DNA of 64,000 bases, taken from Dictyostelium discoideum. Lineage: Eukaryota. The translations under genes were made by a program, and so were the position numbers. The stretch's first letter is position 1. The number at the start of each line of letters is the position of its first letter. The notes under the pieces are model-generated. The model was not told the origin of the DNA and made no database searches. It worked only from the letters and a program-made list of their open reading frames with translations. The stretch spans positions 4,128,001-4,192,000 of the forward strand of contig CM000152.2 in NCBI GenBank assembly GCA_000004695.1. Reading direction: 5' to 3'. Of this stretch, positions 13,001 through 28,703 are shown piece by piece.

Positions 13001-16000
13001 ATTACTCTCGAATAATTGGTTCACTTCAAATGTTACTAATGAATATAGTCGTTCGCTATATTATGATATAATCATTTATATCTATAATAACTTTATTGAA
13101 TATCAAGATCAATCAAATGAAAATAGTAAAGATTTAGTATTATCATTATTGATTGGGTTATCAGACGAAAGTGATTCAATCAATAAGAAACTTTTACAAT
13201 TTTGGGATAATAATAGTAAAACTTTATCAGCATCGAGTAATCAAAGATTACAACAATTCTTTGATATTATGTATTCACCAGAGACTGAATCGAAATGGGT
13301 TGCAAATAGTTGTTGTCTCTTATTCCAATTATGTAATAGATCAAGTGATTTCACTAAATTACTTTTCGATAAACCATTAAGTGAATGTACATTCAAAGAG
13401 GTACAAGTCGATTCTTCTTGGCAACATAGAACTTTAAATATGAATCCATTATTTAGTTCTTCTCAATATGGTATTGATGATGCTACTACCGATGAATCAA
13501 ATGGTGATTCTATGCAATTGGATGAAATTAGAGCAACTCAAGCTCCAAATTTTACATTAACTCAAACTGCATTTAGTGAATTTTATCCATCATCTTCACA
13601 ATCTTATGGTGGAACTAATAATAATACAGGTAGTAGTCAATTATCATCATCATCATCATCAAGTGGTAGTCAAAGTAGTAGTCAAAATAATTCATCTTCA
13701 AAAAGAAAACAAAAAATTACAAATGATCCAAAATTAATTAATAATTCTGAATTAAGAAGAAGATTTAAAAAGATTGATGATCGTGGTGCAGATGAAAGAA
13801 TTGTAAAATTTGCAAGATTACAAGTTAAAAGAAATATTGAAAGAGAAGCATACTTTGAAAAGAGTAAACAAGCACGTGAAAATCAAATTACAATGATTAG
13901 GAAGTATAGAGTTGGTGAATTACCTGATATTCAAATTAAATTACAAGATATTATTAAACCATTACAATTATTATGTCAACGTGATTCAACTATTGGTGTT
14001 AATGTATTCTCGTCATTGTTTACTGCTTTATATAAAAATACACCAAAAGAAAGTATTAGAACATTCCAATGTAATATTAAGAAATTAATTGATTCAATTG
14101 TTGAAAGATGTAAATTTAATTCAACCCTTGTCTCATCGATATTGAATATCTCTGAAAAGAATTTAGAATTTTCACCTGAATTTTCAAAGATTAAAGATAT
14201 CTCTTTAAATTCAAATAATCATCCAATGGCAATCATACTTTGTGAGAAATTAATATTATCATTACAAAATACAACTAAAGCATCAACAACTAATCAAGCA
14301 CAAAAGTTACAACAACAACAGCAATTGAATCAAGGTTGGGATAGTTTAAGAGAATTATATAAATCATTGAAAGAGGATGATATTATCATGGGTTTAATTG
14401 AAAAACAAATGGGTGGTGATATACCATATACTAAAAAAGCATTGGAATTTGAATTAAAAGGTGATTGGGTTAATGTTTTAAAGGTATATGATGAAGCAAC
14501 TTCTAAATTAGAGAGTGGTGAATTGAATCAGTATCAAGGTAATCTCTCAGAGAGTGAAACTGCGTTATGGGAGAATGGTCGTTTAGAATGTTTTACAAAA
14601 CTTTGTAATTGGTCAGCATTAAAAGATAATTTCAATAGTTATTATCCAAACCCAAATCAAATATTTAAAGAAAAGAATTGTGATTTACTTTTAAGCTATT
14701 TCTTTGAATTCAATTTAAAGGTTAAAGAGAATTGGAATTATTTATATCAATTCATTGCTGATTTGGCAAATACTAAACAATATCAATATTTAGAGAATAA
14801 ATTCCCTGGTGAACTTGCATTCTTGGAGGTAACAAGATCCGATCATAATAAAGCTTCCTATTATGTTTCAAAGTTTTATCAAGCCTTTAAACATCAATGG
14901 TCATCATCTCATCCATTAGCAATTGAATCACGTCATAGAATCTTACAACCACTTCAAAAGATTGTAGAGGTTGAAGAATTTTTAAATTTAACTTCAACTC
15001 CAATCATTAATACTTTAAAATTGGATACCCTATTAACTCAATGGAAGAGTAGATTCCCAACTAAATTAGATGATATCATGGTTTGGGATGATTTAATCTT
15101 TTATCGTTCAGTTTTATTAGAAAAGATTTATGAAAGATTCTCAAGTTTTACCTCTGATAAAAGTTCCGATGAAAAGGTTAAATCAACTTTAATTCAAGAA
15201 AGAGCTATACTCTATCATAAAATGTCAAAAGGTGCACGTAAATTAGGTAATATTGTTGTATCAGAGATTTATTTCCGTCAAGCAGTTAAATCATACCCAA
15301 AAACAAAGGATAATGATTTAGCTTTCCCTTTGGTAACTTCATTGATTGATATCTATTGTACAAAAGCTAGAAATTCACCATCACCAATTGAAACTTTAGA
15401 TAGATTTGTAAAGGCTTTGAAATTTATTGAATCAAAAAAAGATGAAGAATCAATTATAAATTCAAATGAAAATCTTCAAAAATATTTAATGATGCATGGT
15501 GATATCTTTTGGGATATTTATCAATTAGATAAGAAATTAGGTTCAACATTAGTAATTGATTCTTTTAAAAAGAATTCTTTACCAATTAATTTAACTTCAA
15601 TTCCAATTAATTCATTAAAAGATGAATTATTTAATTCAACTTTTAAATGTTATAGTGAATCAATTAAATTACATCAAAAATCAACAAATTTATTAAATAC
15701 AACATCATCATCACCTTCTTTAAGTATTTCTTCTTCTTCTTCTCCTTATTCCTCTACTTCTTCCTCTTCACAACCAAAATTATCAAATGAAATTTTAATT
15801 GAAAAAACAAAGACAAAGAGTGCTCATTTGAAATTTGCAAACTTTTGTGATAATATATTAAAGGATAAAATTTCTCAACAAACAACACCAACACAATTTA
15901 ATGAAGAAGTTATTGATTTAGCAACATCAGTTATAGTTTCAACATTAGAGGCAATTAAAGAAGAGATACCAGGTTCAGTTGATAAATTCCCAAGATTATT

Positions 16001-17996
16001 AGAAATTTTAACACAATTTGAACAATACTCTGTGATTGCACGTGAATTTAAATCTAGAGTATCAACAATACCATGTTGGATGTTTATTAGATGGATTAGT
16101 CAAATGTTCCCATATTTAGATTTACCACAAGGTCCTTTGATTTTACCAATACTCTTGGAGATTGCAAAATGGTATCCACAAGCAATTTATTTCCCTTTCA
16201 AAATTAGTAGTGAACAATTTGGACCATTGGCAAAGAAAATATCAGCACCATTGGAAAAGGAATTAATTAATCCACTATTGGATACTTTAGTTATTGAATT
16301 CCAACGTTTAACTCATCCAGAACATCGTTTCAAAGATTATATGGAAGAGATGAAATCATTAATTAAAGCAACTCCAAAAGATTTAAATGCAATTGCAAAA
16401 TTAAATAATGAAATCTATGATGACTCTTTTAATCCATCAACAGTTTCAGGTGATTATAATTTAAAATTTGCCAAAGAACATGAAGCTTCCTATTTATCAA
16501 ATTTTGGTAAAGATTCAACTAAATTAGCACGTATGGATCAAAAGAAATTCTTGGAGATTTTTGCTGAAATGTCTGGTAATATGAATAAAAATATGAAACC
16601 AAATTCAACTGCCTCTATGAAATTAAAGGATTTCAGTGGTTGGTTAGCTGATTTCGATCGTTCAAACTATCAAACTTCACATCAAATGGAAATACCTGGA
16701 CAATATGATGGAATTGGTAAACCACAACCAGAAACTCATGTAACCATCTCATCATTCGATACCAATGTTTTGGTGATGGGTTCATTACGTAAACCAAAAC
16801 GTGTAAAGATACATGGTAATGATGAACTAGATTATCCTTTCTTAATTAAAGGTGGTGAAGATCTACGTTTAGATCAAAGAATTCAACAATTGTTTGGAAT
16901 TATGAATGAAATTTTAAAACGTGATACAGCATGCAATAAACGGTCACTCAATGTTACAACCTATCAAGTTGTACCAATGACAAGTAAAGTTGGTATCATT
17001 GAATGGTTAAATGACACTAAACCACTTAGAGAGATATTGGAGGAACAATTAGCACATCAATTAAAAACACCTCGTTCAAATGTTTCAATATCAAAATTGG
17101 AATCAACAAAATATCATAATGATTGGATAAACTCTTTTGCAAAATATTTGAAACCAAATTCACCAGTGGGTCCATTATATCAACAAATGTTTATTCATGC
17201 CACTCGTGATGATTGTGCAAAGAAATTGGAGAAACAACACTCTAAAGTTCCTGAAAATCTTTTACAAAATGGTATTTGGTCACTTTCATCATCTCCAGAG
17301 AGTTATCTTTTCATTAGAAATTCATTTGCACGTTCATTGGCATCATTCTCTGTTTGTTCCTATGTCATTGGAATTGGTGATCGTCATTTGGAGAACTTTT
17401 TAATCTCTCAAAGAGATGGTCGTTTAATTGGTATTGATTTTGGTCATGCTTTTGGTACTGCAACTCAATTCCTTCCAATTCCAGAGTTAATGCCTTTCCG
17501 TTTAACTCGTCAATTCACTAGTTTCCTAAGACCATTGGATTCAGTTGGTTTACTCAATCACAATATGACCTATACTTTAACGGCATTACAAAATCAAAAA
17601 GAAATCCTCTTAACAACTATGGATGTTTTCGTTAAAGAACCACTTTTAGATTGGAGCAAACTTGCTACTCGTTTAGTAAAAGAACAAGGAAAACATCCAA
17701 AAGATACTAAAAATGTTTGGTTCCCAAAACAAAAGATTCAAATTGCAAAGAAGAAATTAGAATTGGTCAATCCTGCCTATATAACTTTAGAAGAGTTATC
17801 AGGCTCGGTTCATTCTGGTCTCCCATATGAAAAAGCTCTCTCTGAAATTATTAAAGGTGATCCAAAACATAATATTAGAGCAAAAGTTAATAAAGTATGT
17901 TCTTCTGTTAAAGAGCAAATAGATTGTTTAATAGATCAATCAACTGATCCAAATATCCTTTCAAGAGCTTGGGTCGGTTGGAATGGTGCTTTATAG
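4807..17996 (+). CDS. dnapkcs: DNA-dependent protein kinase catalytic subunit (DNA-PKcs), a PIKK-family kinase, complete at 4299 codons
   Basis: join(4807..6062,6151..10531,10647..10924,11012..17996). The splice sites are GT|GTAAGT at 6063, acceptor AG at 6149-6150, TTA|GTAAGT at 10532, acceptor taccAG ending at 10646, GA|GTAAGT at 10925 and aatAG ending at 11011. All phases close and the spliced length is 12900 nt, that is 4299 aa plus stop. The C-terminal PI3K/PIKK catalytic motifs are present (GIGDRHLENFLI, DFGHAFG) and a FATC-like tail ends ...AWVGWNGAL. The huge HEAT/FAT-like N-terminal region matches DNA-PKcs architecture. Confidence 0.9.
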
Positions 17997-18806
17997 AAAA
18001 AAAAAAAAAAATTAAAAAAAAAAAAAGATAAAAATAAATTTAGTTTGAATAATAATAATAAATAAAAAAAATAATTAAAAATAATTAAAAATAATTAAAA
18101 ATAATTTTTAAGATTGATCTAAAGGTTTTTTAAGATTTAGTACACAAAATATTACAACTTTTATCTATTCAAATAAAAAATAAAAAAATCATTAGATATA
18201 GAAGTTGAGTTTCAAATATTCTAAAAACCAATAAATCTAAAAACCAATTTAAAAACGAATTAAAAAAAATAGATAAAAAAAAAAAACAAAGTAAACAAAA
18301 AATAATTATTGTTATAATAAATTTTTAAAAATATTGCGACATCATCACCACATTAAAATATTATCAAATGATTAATTTAGTCTGGTAGTTTATTTTTGAA
18401 TTATTATTTTTAGAAATGTAAATTGTGTGTGTGTTTAGTTGTGTGTTTTAATAATGGTGGATAAATTTTTTTTTTTTTTTTTTTTTATTTTATATATTTA
18501 ATCAAATAACCTTTCAAATAAAGAATTCAATGCTATTTTTATAATGAGATTGTCAATCTCAATGATTATTCATTTCAAAAAAAAAAAAAAAAAAAAAAAA
18601 AATACACCAATCACCATTTTTATGTATGTATATATTTATATATATTAACAATTAATTGTATTTTTTTATTTTATAATAATGATTTTGTTATCATTTGATT
18701 TAATTATATTAAAAATTATTAATTTTTTTTTTTATTTTTAAATTCTATCATGGGTATAAATAACCTTTGAATTGTTTTTTTTTCAATTAAATCATAAAAC
18801 AAATAA

Positions 18807-19062
18807 ATGACTTTACTCAGTATGTTTATAGATTAATAGGTTATTAAAATTATTATATTAATTAATATTTCTAATTGATTGTTTTATTTTATTTTTTAAA
18901 ATAGAAAGCTTAAGATCTCTTTTCAGTCCAGCATCCTCAAACACAAACAAAATTAATGAGAGTATTGCTACTCAGAGCGTTTCGAATGCTTCCCAATCCA
19001 AAAACACCTTTGCTGTAATGTCTGGAGAAGAGTATAAGAGATCAGTTGGTTGCTATGGCTAA
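18807..19062 (+). CDS. Small two-exon gene (58 codons) with a 13-nt micro-exon 1. Predicted peptide: MTLLKSLRSLFSPASSNTNKINESIATQSVSNASQSKNTFAVMSGEEYKRSVGCYG. It resembles the HssA/2C/7E-type small-protein family.
   Basis: join(18807..18819,18905..19062). Exon 1 is ATG ACT TTA CTC A, followed by donor GTATGT, an 85-nt AT-rich intron and acceptor aaaatAG. Exon 2 sits in a locally GC-richer patch with an open frame to TAA. The start and architecture are the same as the small genes in the 52-57 kb array (M-[TL]-L-[LFI]-K-S-L). Confidence 0.4.
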
Positions 19063-19204
19063 TTTCTATTTCATTCGATGAAATATATTTGTTGTATCAC
19101 CACCCATTTTTTAAAATTATTTTTAACAAATGATATAAATATATATCAAAAAGAAAAAAAAAAAAAACTATATATAGGAAAAATAAAAATAAATTAAATT
19201 ATTG

Positions 19205-19242
<38 letters not shown>

Positions 19243-19504
19243 TGTGATGAATACAAAATTAACAATTGGTAAAAATGATACAATCACTAATAATTTTTAT
19301 TATTTATAAAATATGTATTTATTTATTTACATTATACCTGTTCTGATTATTTATTGTTATTATTATTACTGTCATTGGTCTTTTTTTTTTTTTTTTTTTT
19401 TTAATTATTTTGTGGATGGAAGGAGTGGTTTTTGTATAGATGTGTCATTATGGTGTGTTTGTTGGTTGATATATATTTTACTATTTTTATTTTATTTTAT
19501 TTTT

Positions 19505-20552
19505 TTAATTATCTTCAGTTTCTTGTTCGAGATCAGTTTCTTTAATGAAAGCATCTAATTCTGCTGCAGTAAAAATATGATAAACAACATTGTCACCTTG
19601 TTTAGTGAAATAAGAGAATTCTAATTTTTCACTGTTGATATTTGAACGATCCATAGTTTTTGTTAAAACTTTGAGAGCCAATTGAAGGGCTTCTTTTAAT
19701 GAAATATCTGGTTTATAATTTGATCTTAAAACTGATTGTGCAACCTAAAAATAAAAAGAAAAATAAATAAAAATAAAAAATAATAATAATAATATATTAA
19801 TATTAATGTTATGACATATATATTAATATTATTTATAATTTTAAAATTCTTATAATTAAGAATAAGAATAATTTTTACATACTTGACTATTTTCACCACC
19901 AATTGAGGTAGCTTTCCAACCAGCAAAATTACCAGAAGGATCAGATTGATATAATTGGAAACCATAATGACGATCCCAACCAGCATAAAGGAATGAGACA
20001 CCAAATGGACGTAAACCACCATATTGAGTGTAACCTTGTTTTGTATCACAAATTTGAGAGACCAATTGTTCGACTGGCATTGGTTCTTGATATTGATAAA
20101 AGAAACGTTGTGATGATAATCTTGCATAATTGATTAAAATGTTGGCATCGGATGTGATACCAGCGACTGCACAAACAACATGTTCATCAATCTTAAACAT
20201 CTTTTCAGAGATTGATGTTGATGAATCTAAAAGTTTTGCTGTGGTCTTTTTCTCTGCTGCTAAAACAATACCATCTTTTGCTAAAATACCAACTGTTGCA
20301 CCTGCATGTCTAATTGCTGTCATTGCATATTCTACTTGATAAACACGACCTTCTGGTGAAAAAATTGTTGTTCTTTGATCATATCTTCTTGCCTATTTTT
20401 TATAAATATATTTAAAAAATTTTTATTTAAATTTTAATTAATAAATTAAAAATTTTTTTTTTTTTTTTTTTTTTTTAATAATTATCATAATAACAATTAA
20501 TATTAATAATAATAATAATAATAGTAATAATAATAATAATAATTCATACCAT
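19505..20552 (-). CDS. psmA4: Proteasome subunit alpha type-4 (PSMA4 / alpha-3), about 250 aa
   Basis: join(complement(19505..19744,19883..20392,20550..20552)). Exon 1 is just ATG, followed by donor GTATGA. Exon 2 begins [36 protein letters not shown]... (compare human [28 protein letters not shown]) and ends ...GGENSQ|GTATGT. Exon 3 reads [32 protein letters not shown]... and ends at TAA. Confidence 0.85.
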
Positions 20553-20917
20553 TTTGTGATTATATATATATTAAGTGAAAAAAAATAAAAGAACAATATA
20601 AAATTAATAAATTGAAAAAAAAAAAAAATGAAAAAAAAAAAAAAAAATTTGATGTGTATGTTCACAAAAAAAAAAAAAAAAAAATTAATTAAAAAAAAAA
20701 AAATTAAAAAAATTAAAATTTTTTTTTTTTTAAAAAAAAATAATAAAAAAAAAATAATAAAAATAAAACAAAAATTAATTTTTGATCAATAAATATTTTT
20801 TTTTTTTTTTTTTTTCTTAAATAATTAGTTTTTAACCATTTTAGGTAATAAAACAATTAATATTGATGATTTTTTTATTTATTTATTTATTTTTTAAAAT
20901 TTTAAATTTAGATTTAT

Positions 20918-21239
20918 TTATTTATTTTTTCTTCCAAAAAGTTTAATTTCTTGTTTTTTCTTATCTAATAAATCATATCTATCTTGAAGTTCTTTTAAAA
21001 GTTTATCTTTTTTCTCTTGTTCAGAATTTGCTGTTTCTGCTGGTTTATTTTTGAAATCAATAGTTGGTGCTTCAATAATTTGTTTAACTTTGTCAACTTT
21101 TTTAAAATATGGAATATTAAATAATTTACAACCTCTTTCTGATTTTAAAAACCAATTAGTAAATGCAAAAATCATTGAATTAACTGCCCAATAAATATTT
21201 AAACTCTAAAAAATAAAAAAAAATAAAGTTAATAATTAT

Positions 21240-21274
<35 letters not shown>

Positions 21275-22246
21275 CATTACAGCAGCAAAATGAATAGTAA
21301 AAACTAAAGGTAAAAAACAAAAAGAAGTCATAATAGTTTTCATCATTGGACTAGTATCATCAGTCATTGAGAAACGAACGGAACCATATTGGAAAATTGA
21401 AGATACTAATGGTAAAATATAATATGGATCGGCCATAGAGAGATTCTTAAACCAAAGGGCACCAGCATCAACGAGTAGATTTGTATCACCACTTAATTGA
21501 CGTAAGAAAATGAATGGATAAATGATGAATGGCATTTGAAGCATGTTTAAACCAAGTGTTTTCATTGGTGAGGTGTCATGTTTTGCAAATGATTTTTTTT
21601 GGAGTTCTGCAATTTTGATTCTACCCTCTTGAGTACCATCATTGAGGTAGGAGTGTTTCTCCATATCCTGTTTAACCAATCTCATTTTAGCAGCATCTCT
21701 TTGATTTCTAATTGCTAATGGTAATGTTAAAACACGAATTGCAATTGCTGTACCAACGAAAATGCTAACCCATGGTAACCCATATTGTACATGAAGTTCA
21801 TTAAGTTTTGCAATTAAGTCGAAATTAAATTGATGTGACCATTCTGTAATTGTGAATGCGTCTGGTCCCATTGTTGGTTTTAAAATATAACTTGGTAAAA
21901 CTTTATTACTAATTGTATCAGTTATAACCTCTGTTGTTGTTGTTGATGCTGATGATGATGATGCTGTTGATGAGAAATCACTAATTGGTGTATTTATATC
22001 AGTATCAACATTATTATTATTATTACTATTATTATTATTATTTTCAGTTGAGAAGAATCTTTTATTAAAATTTTTAATATTATTTTCTAAGAAATTTGAT
22101 TTTGAAAAAGTTGGTAAAATTTTTGATGTTGATGATAATGATTGTGATGATGAAAATAATATTGGTGATACAGTAGTTGTTGAAAAACTTTTTATAAATA
22201 ATTTTTTATTCATTCCATTTATTGGAACTCTTTTTAAAGCATTAAT

Positions 22247-22249
<3 letters not shown>
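20918..22249 (-). CDS. oxaA: Oxa1/YidC-family mitochondrial inner-membrane insertase
   Basis: join(complement(20918..21205,21281..22249)). The N-terminus is presequence-like and Ser/Asn-rich (MINALKRVPINGMNKKLFIKSFSTT...). The conserved Oxa1 core is LPWVSIFVGTAIAIRVLTLPLAIRNQRDAAKMRLVKQDM...YILPLVSSIFQYG. ORFs 21269..22249 and 20918..21175 join through one intron. The exact donor is ambiguous by 6 nt: GCT|GTAATG or ..AT|GTATTA, both in frame. Confidence 0.75.
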
Positions 22250-22282
<33 letters not shown>

Positions 22283-22757
22283 GCAATGAATAATTGATTA
22301 AATGTTGAAAAAAAAAAAAATATAAAAATTAAAAAAAAAAAAAAAAATTTTAAAAAACAAAAAATATAATATAAAAAAAAAAAAAAAAAAATAAAATAAA
22401 AAAAAAAAAAAAGAAAAAAAAAAAAAAAAATTAAAAAAATATCTTTTAAATTTTGATAAAATGAAACAAAACTTATATAAATTATATTGTATTAATTAGT
22501 TATTAAACCCATTTATTTAAGAAGAAAAGATTAAAAAAAAAAAAAAAAAAAAAAGAAAAAAAATGGAAAAATAAAAAAAATAAATAAAAAAATATAGATA
22601 TCTATATTATGGAGAAGAGAAAAAGGGAGTGTTTAAATAAAAAAGAGTTGGGATATTTTTTTTCACGGTTACATTTCAGAAAACATGTTTTTTTGGTAAA
22701 AGGTAATATTTTTCACAAAACCACCTAAAAAATCTTTTTAAAATATCTTTATTCTTT

Positions 22758-22788
<31 letters not shown>

Positions 22789-22852
22789 ATTTAAAAAACA
22801 AAACATTCTAAAAATCTTTTTTTTTCTTTTTTATTTTATTTTTTTTTTTTTT

Positions 22853-22911
<59 letters not shown>

Positions 22912-22915
22912 TTAT
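22853..22915. repeat. (ATTT)n microsatellite of about 16 units
   Basis: tttatttattt... run read directly, immediately 5' of the glycoside hydrolase gene. Confidence 0.95.
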
Positions 22916-22931
22916 TATTAAAATTGAACAA

Positions 22932-24746
22932 ATGAAATCATTTATTTTATTATTATTTTCATTTTGTTTGGTTTTTGGGTCTCCACTTATTGACTCACCT
23001 TCAAAACAAATCATTTGGTCAGATTTGTAAATGTTTAAAATTTATTCCATAATTATTAAAAATTATTATTTTTATTAACTTTTTTTTTTTTTTTTTTTTT
23101 ATTTTTTTTTTTTTATTTAAGTTTTGGAATTAATTTTCAAAATGAATTTTTTAATGTGACAGTTGCTCAAAGTCAAATTTTAGCAATTAAAGAATTAGGA
23201 ATTGAATGGGTTCGTGCAAGTTTTCATTGGGCATATTTAGAAAGTACTGAAGGCAATTTAAGATTTGATTTATATGATCCAGTTATGAATTTAATTAAAA
23301 GTAATGGCTTGAAATCAATTGTCTATCTCGTTGGTACACCAGATTGGTGTAGTAGTTATGATCCTTCAACAGCTGGTAATGTTTCAAAAAGTGATACTTT
23401 CCCACCTTCAAACAATACAAGATTCGCTGAAACAATGATTATTTTAAGTAATCGTTATTCATTTGTTGATGTATGTATTTTATTTTTTATTTTTCAAAAA
23501 TTACAATACTCAGGGGGGTGAATAATTAAATACTAATCTTTTTTTTTTTTTTTATTTTTTATTTTTTTTTTTAAAGTTTTGGGAAGTTTGGAATGAACAA
23601 AATTTAATACCAGCATTTTTTGCACCAGTTTATTCATTTCAAAAATATAATGAAATTTTTCAAGAAACTAAAAGATTATTTTCAAATGATGGTAAAGCAT
23701 CGAAATTGGCAGTTGGTGGATTGGGATATTATGGTTTTTCAAGTACTGGTGAGAATATGATTGCAGATTTAATGACAACTAAAACTTTTGAAGGTGTAAT
23801 AGCAGGTTATCATCCATATACTGATTTACCAGAGGGTGGTAATGGTCAATTGCCCGCGAGTCCATATGCACATTATGCAACAGCAAGATACCTTAATTCT
23901 ATATTATCAAGCCAAGGAAAAGCATATCAAATTTGGTCTACCGAATATGGGTGGTCAAGTAGTGGTGAAGGTAATGTCTCAAAACCAGTTCAAGCCGAAT
24001 TCGGTATAAAACGATTACTAATTGACAGTTTAGTAAATTTTGATAAATCATTCATTTTCACAACTAGTGATCTTGATGGTAACGCATCGTCAGTGAGAGA
24101 TCAAGGATATGGGTTTGTTGATTTAATGTTAAAAAAGAAACCAATTTTCAATTCATTTTTTAATTTATTCACTATAACAGGACCAAAAGTTGATGAAATC
24201 AGTTCAGAAGAAATTAATAGTTATATTACAATATCAAGTTTGGGTGATGATTTTGTTGGTATATTTTATAAAAAATTGTCAACTAATACAACATTGTTTG
24301 TATTTTGGTCACCATCTCAAACTGTAAAATCCTTAACTTTAAATCTTTTCAATGTATCTGCAAATTTATATCAAGTCTCTGATAATACTACTCAATTTTA
24401 TTCAGCAACAATAAATTCAAATACAATTTCATTAACAATAACTGAAAATGTTCAAATTTTTGAATGGCCAATAAAGAAATCTTCATCATCAACATCATCA
24501 TCAACATCTACAACCTTTTCATCATCAACATCTTCATCATCGACAACTACAACCTCTTCATCAACAACTACAACCTCTTCATCGACAACTACAACCTCTT
24601 CATCAACAACTACAACTTCAACCACAACATCAAATTCAACACCAAACCCAGAAAATAGTAATAGTGATGATATGTCATTATCATTTAAATTATATTTAAA
24701 TATTAAATTGATAATCATATCTTTATTATCTTTATTTTTATTTTAG
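22932..24746 (+). CDS. Secreted clan GH-A glycoside hydrolase (GH5/GH39-like) with a Ser/Thr-rich linker and a C-terminal hydrophobic tail (probable GPI anchor)
   Basis: join(22932..23026,23122..23470,23577..24746). The signal peptide is MKSFILLLFSFCLVFGSP. Across the second intron the text reads ...RYSFVD|FWEVWNEQN, the acid/base NE(P/Q) motif of clan GH-A. The nucleophile motif is QIWSTEYGW. An S/T-rich block (SSSTTTTSSSTTTT...) is followed by ...LNIKLIIISLLSLFLF*. Splice sites are TT|GTAAAT, tttaAG, GAT|GTATGT and ttaaAG, with phases closed. Confidence 0.75.
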
Positions 24747-25222
24747 AATAAATTTTTTTTTTTTTTTTTATTTCTTTTTTTTTACTCAAAATTTAGTGGT
24801 TTGTGATTTTATATATTGTTTTTTTTTTTTTTTTTTTTTTTTAATTGGATATTTAAGGTTGGTGATTAATATTGATATTAAAAAAAAATGGAGAAATAAA
24901 AAATTGTACAAAATAATTACATTAATTTTTTTTTATATTCTCATATCATTTTGTGTATTTGTTAGTGATCTATTTATCTATAGAATTAAAAAATTTTTAT
25001 TTATTTTTAATATTTTTTTTCAAGTAAAAATTTGAATGTTTTTTGCAGTGCTCATCAATATTATTTTTTTTTTATTTTTTTTTTATTTTTTTTTTTTTAA
25101 ATTTTTTTTTTTTTAATTTAAATTTTGAGAACATCACAAAAATTTTTTAATTTTTTTTTTTTTTTTTTTTTTTTTTCATTAATTAAATTTATCCACACAC
25201 ACATAATATATATACACCAAAA

Positions 25223-27157
<1,935 letters not shown>

Positions 27158-27821
27158 ATTATTTCTTTGGTCCATCTCCCTCAATTACCAAAGATAAAAA
27201 AAAAAAAAAAAAAATATAAATAAAAATAGAAAAACAAACAGAAAAATAAAAAATAAAAAAAAAATACTATTAAAAAAAAAAAAATAATAATAATAATAAT
27301 AAAAAAAATAAAGATAAAAAAGTGTAATATCAAAATTAAAAATATAATTAACTTGGATTTAGTATTGTTTTTTACTTTCGCTAATTTTTGTTTATATTTA
27401 TTTAATTTATTTTTTTTTTTATTTTTTTTTTTTTTTTTTTTTTCAAATTTTTTCCATTTCACTTTTTTAAATTTTTTTTTTTAATATTAATTTATTTTTT
27501 TTTATGGTCAAACTTGGTATATGACTATAAAATTGCACACTAAACCCTTTTATTTTGTTTATCCCCTTAATTTTTTTAAAAATTTCTTTTTTAATTTTAA
27601 TTTTTCATTTCTTTTTTAAGAATTAATAAAAAAAAAACAAAAAAAAAAAAAAAAAAAAAAAAAAAAACAAAAAAAAAAAAAAAAGAACAAAACAAAACAA
27701 AACATTTTGGTTTTATTTTATTATTATTATTATTTTTTTTTTTTTTCACTCAACATTATTTATTTTTATTATACTATATTATTATACTATTATTGAGTTT
27801 GATCATATATTTGAAATTATA

Positions 27822-28463
27822 ATGTTCCCATCGGATGCCCTTAAAATAATAGATTGCCCTAATGGGTTAAATTGTATGCGAATTATTTGTTGGTTTAAGC
27901 ATACTGAAAATAATATCAATAATAATAATACTTTTGATAATAATTATAATATAATCAATAATAATAATAATAATAATAATTTTAATAATAATTATAATAA
28001 TAATTATAATAATAATAATAATTATAATAATAATTTTAATAATTTTAATAATAATAATTTTAATAATAATAATAATTTTAATAATAATAATAATAATTTT
28101 ATAAACAACAATAATAATTTTAATAATAATAATAATAATTTTATAAATAACAACAACACTAATAATAGCAATAATTTCAATAACAATAGTTTTAATAATT
28201 ATAATAATAATTTTAATAATAATAATAATAATAATAATTTTAATAATAATTATAATAATTATAATAATAATTTTAATAATAGCCCTAATAATCCAAATAA
28301 CACCAACAACAATAACAATCAAAATGCATTGGGCGCAAATTTGAGAATTGGTAGAAATAGAATTAGTGTTGATAAAGATCCAAGATTAAATAAAAATGTT
28401 AGAAATGGTTATGGTTTAGGAACAAATGTAAATAATAGTAGTGGTAGTGGAAATAGCAACATC

Positions 28464-28503
<40 letters not shown>

Positions 28504-28670
28504 AACAAAATAATAGTAATCCCACAAATAAATTTAATGTAGAAATAAAAAAAGGTAGTTCATCAAATGAAGATACTACAACTGCAAATGAATATAACCC
28601 ATCCGATGAAGATCCTATAGATTTGGATCATTTACCTACATTACAAAAGGATACTTCACAACACATTCCG

Positions 28671-28703
<33 letters not shown>

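Noticed and set aside
27867-28322. 151-aa poly-Ile minus-strand ORF
   Set aside because: It is antisense to the Asn-rich region of the CCCH protein gene.
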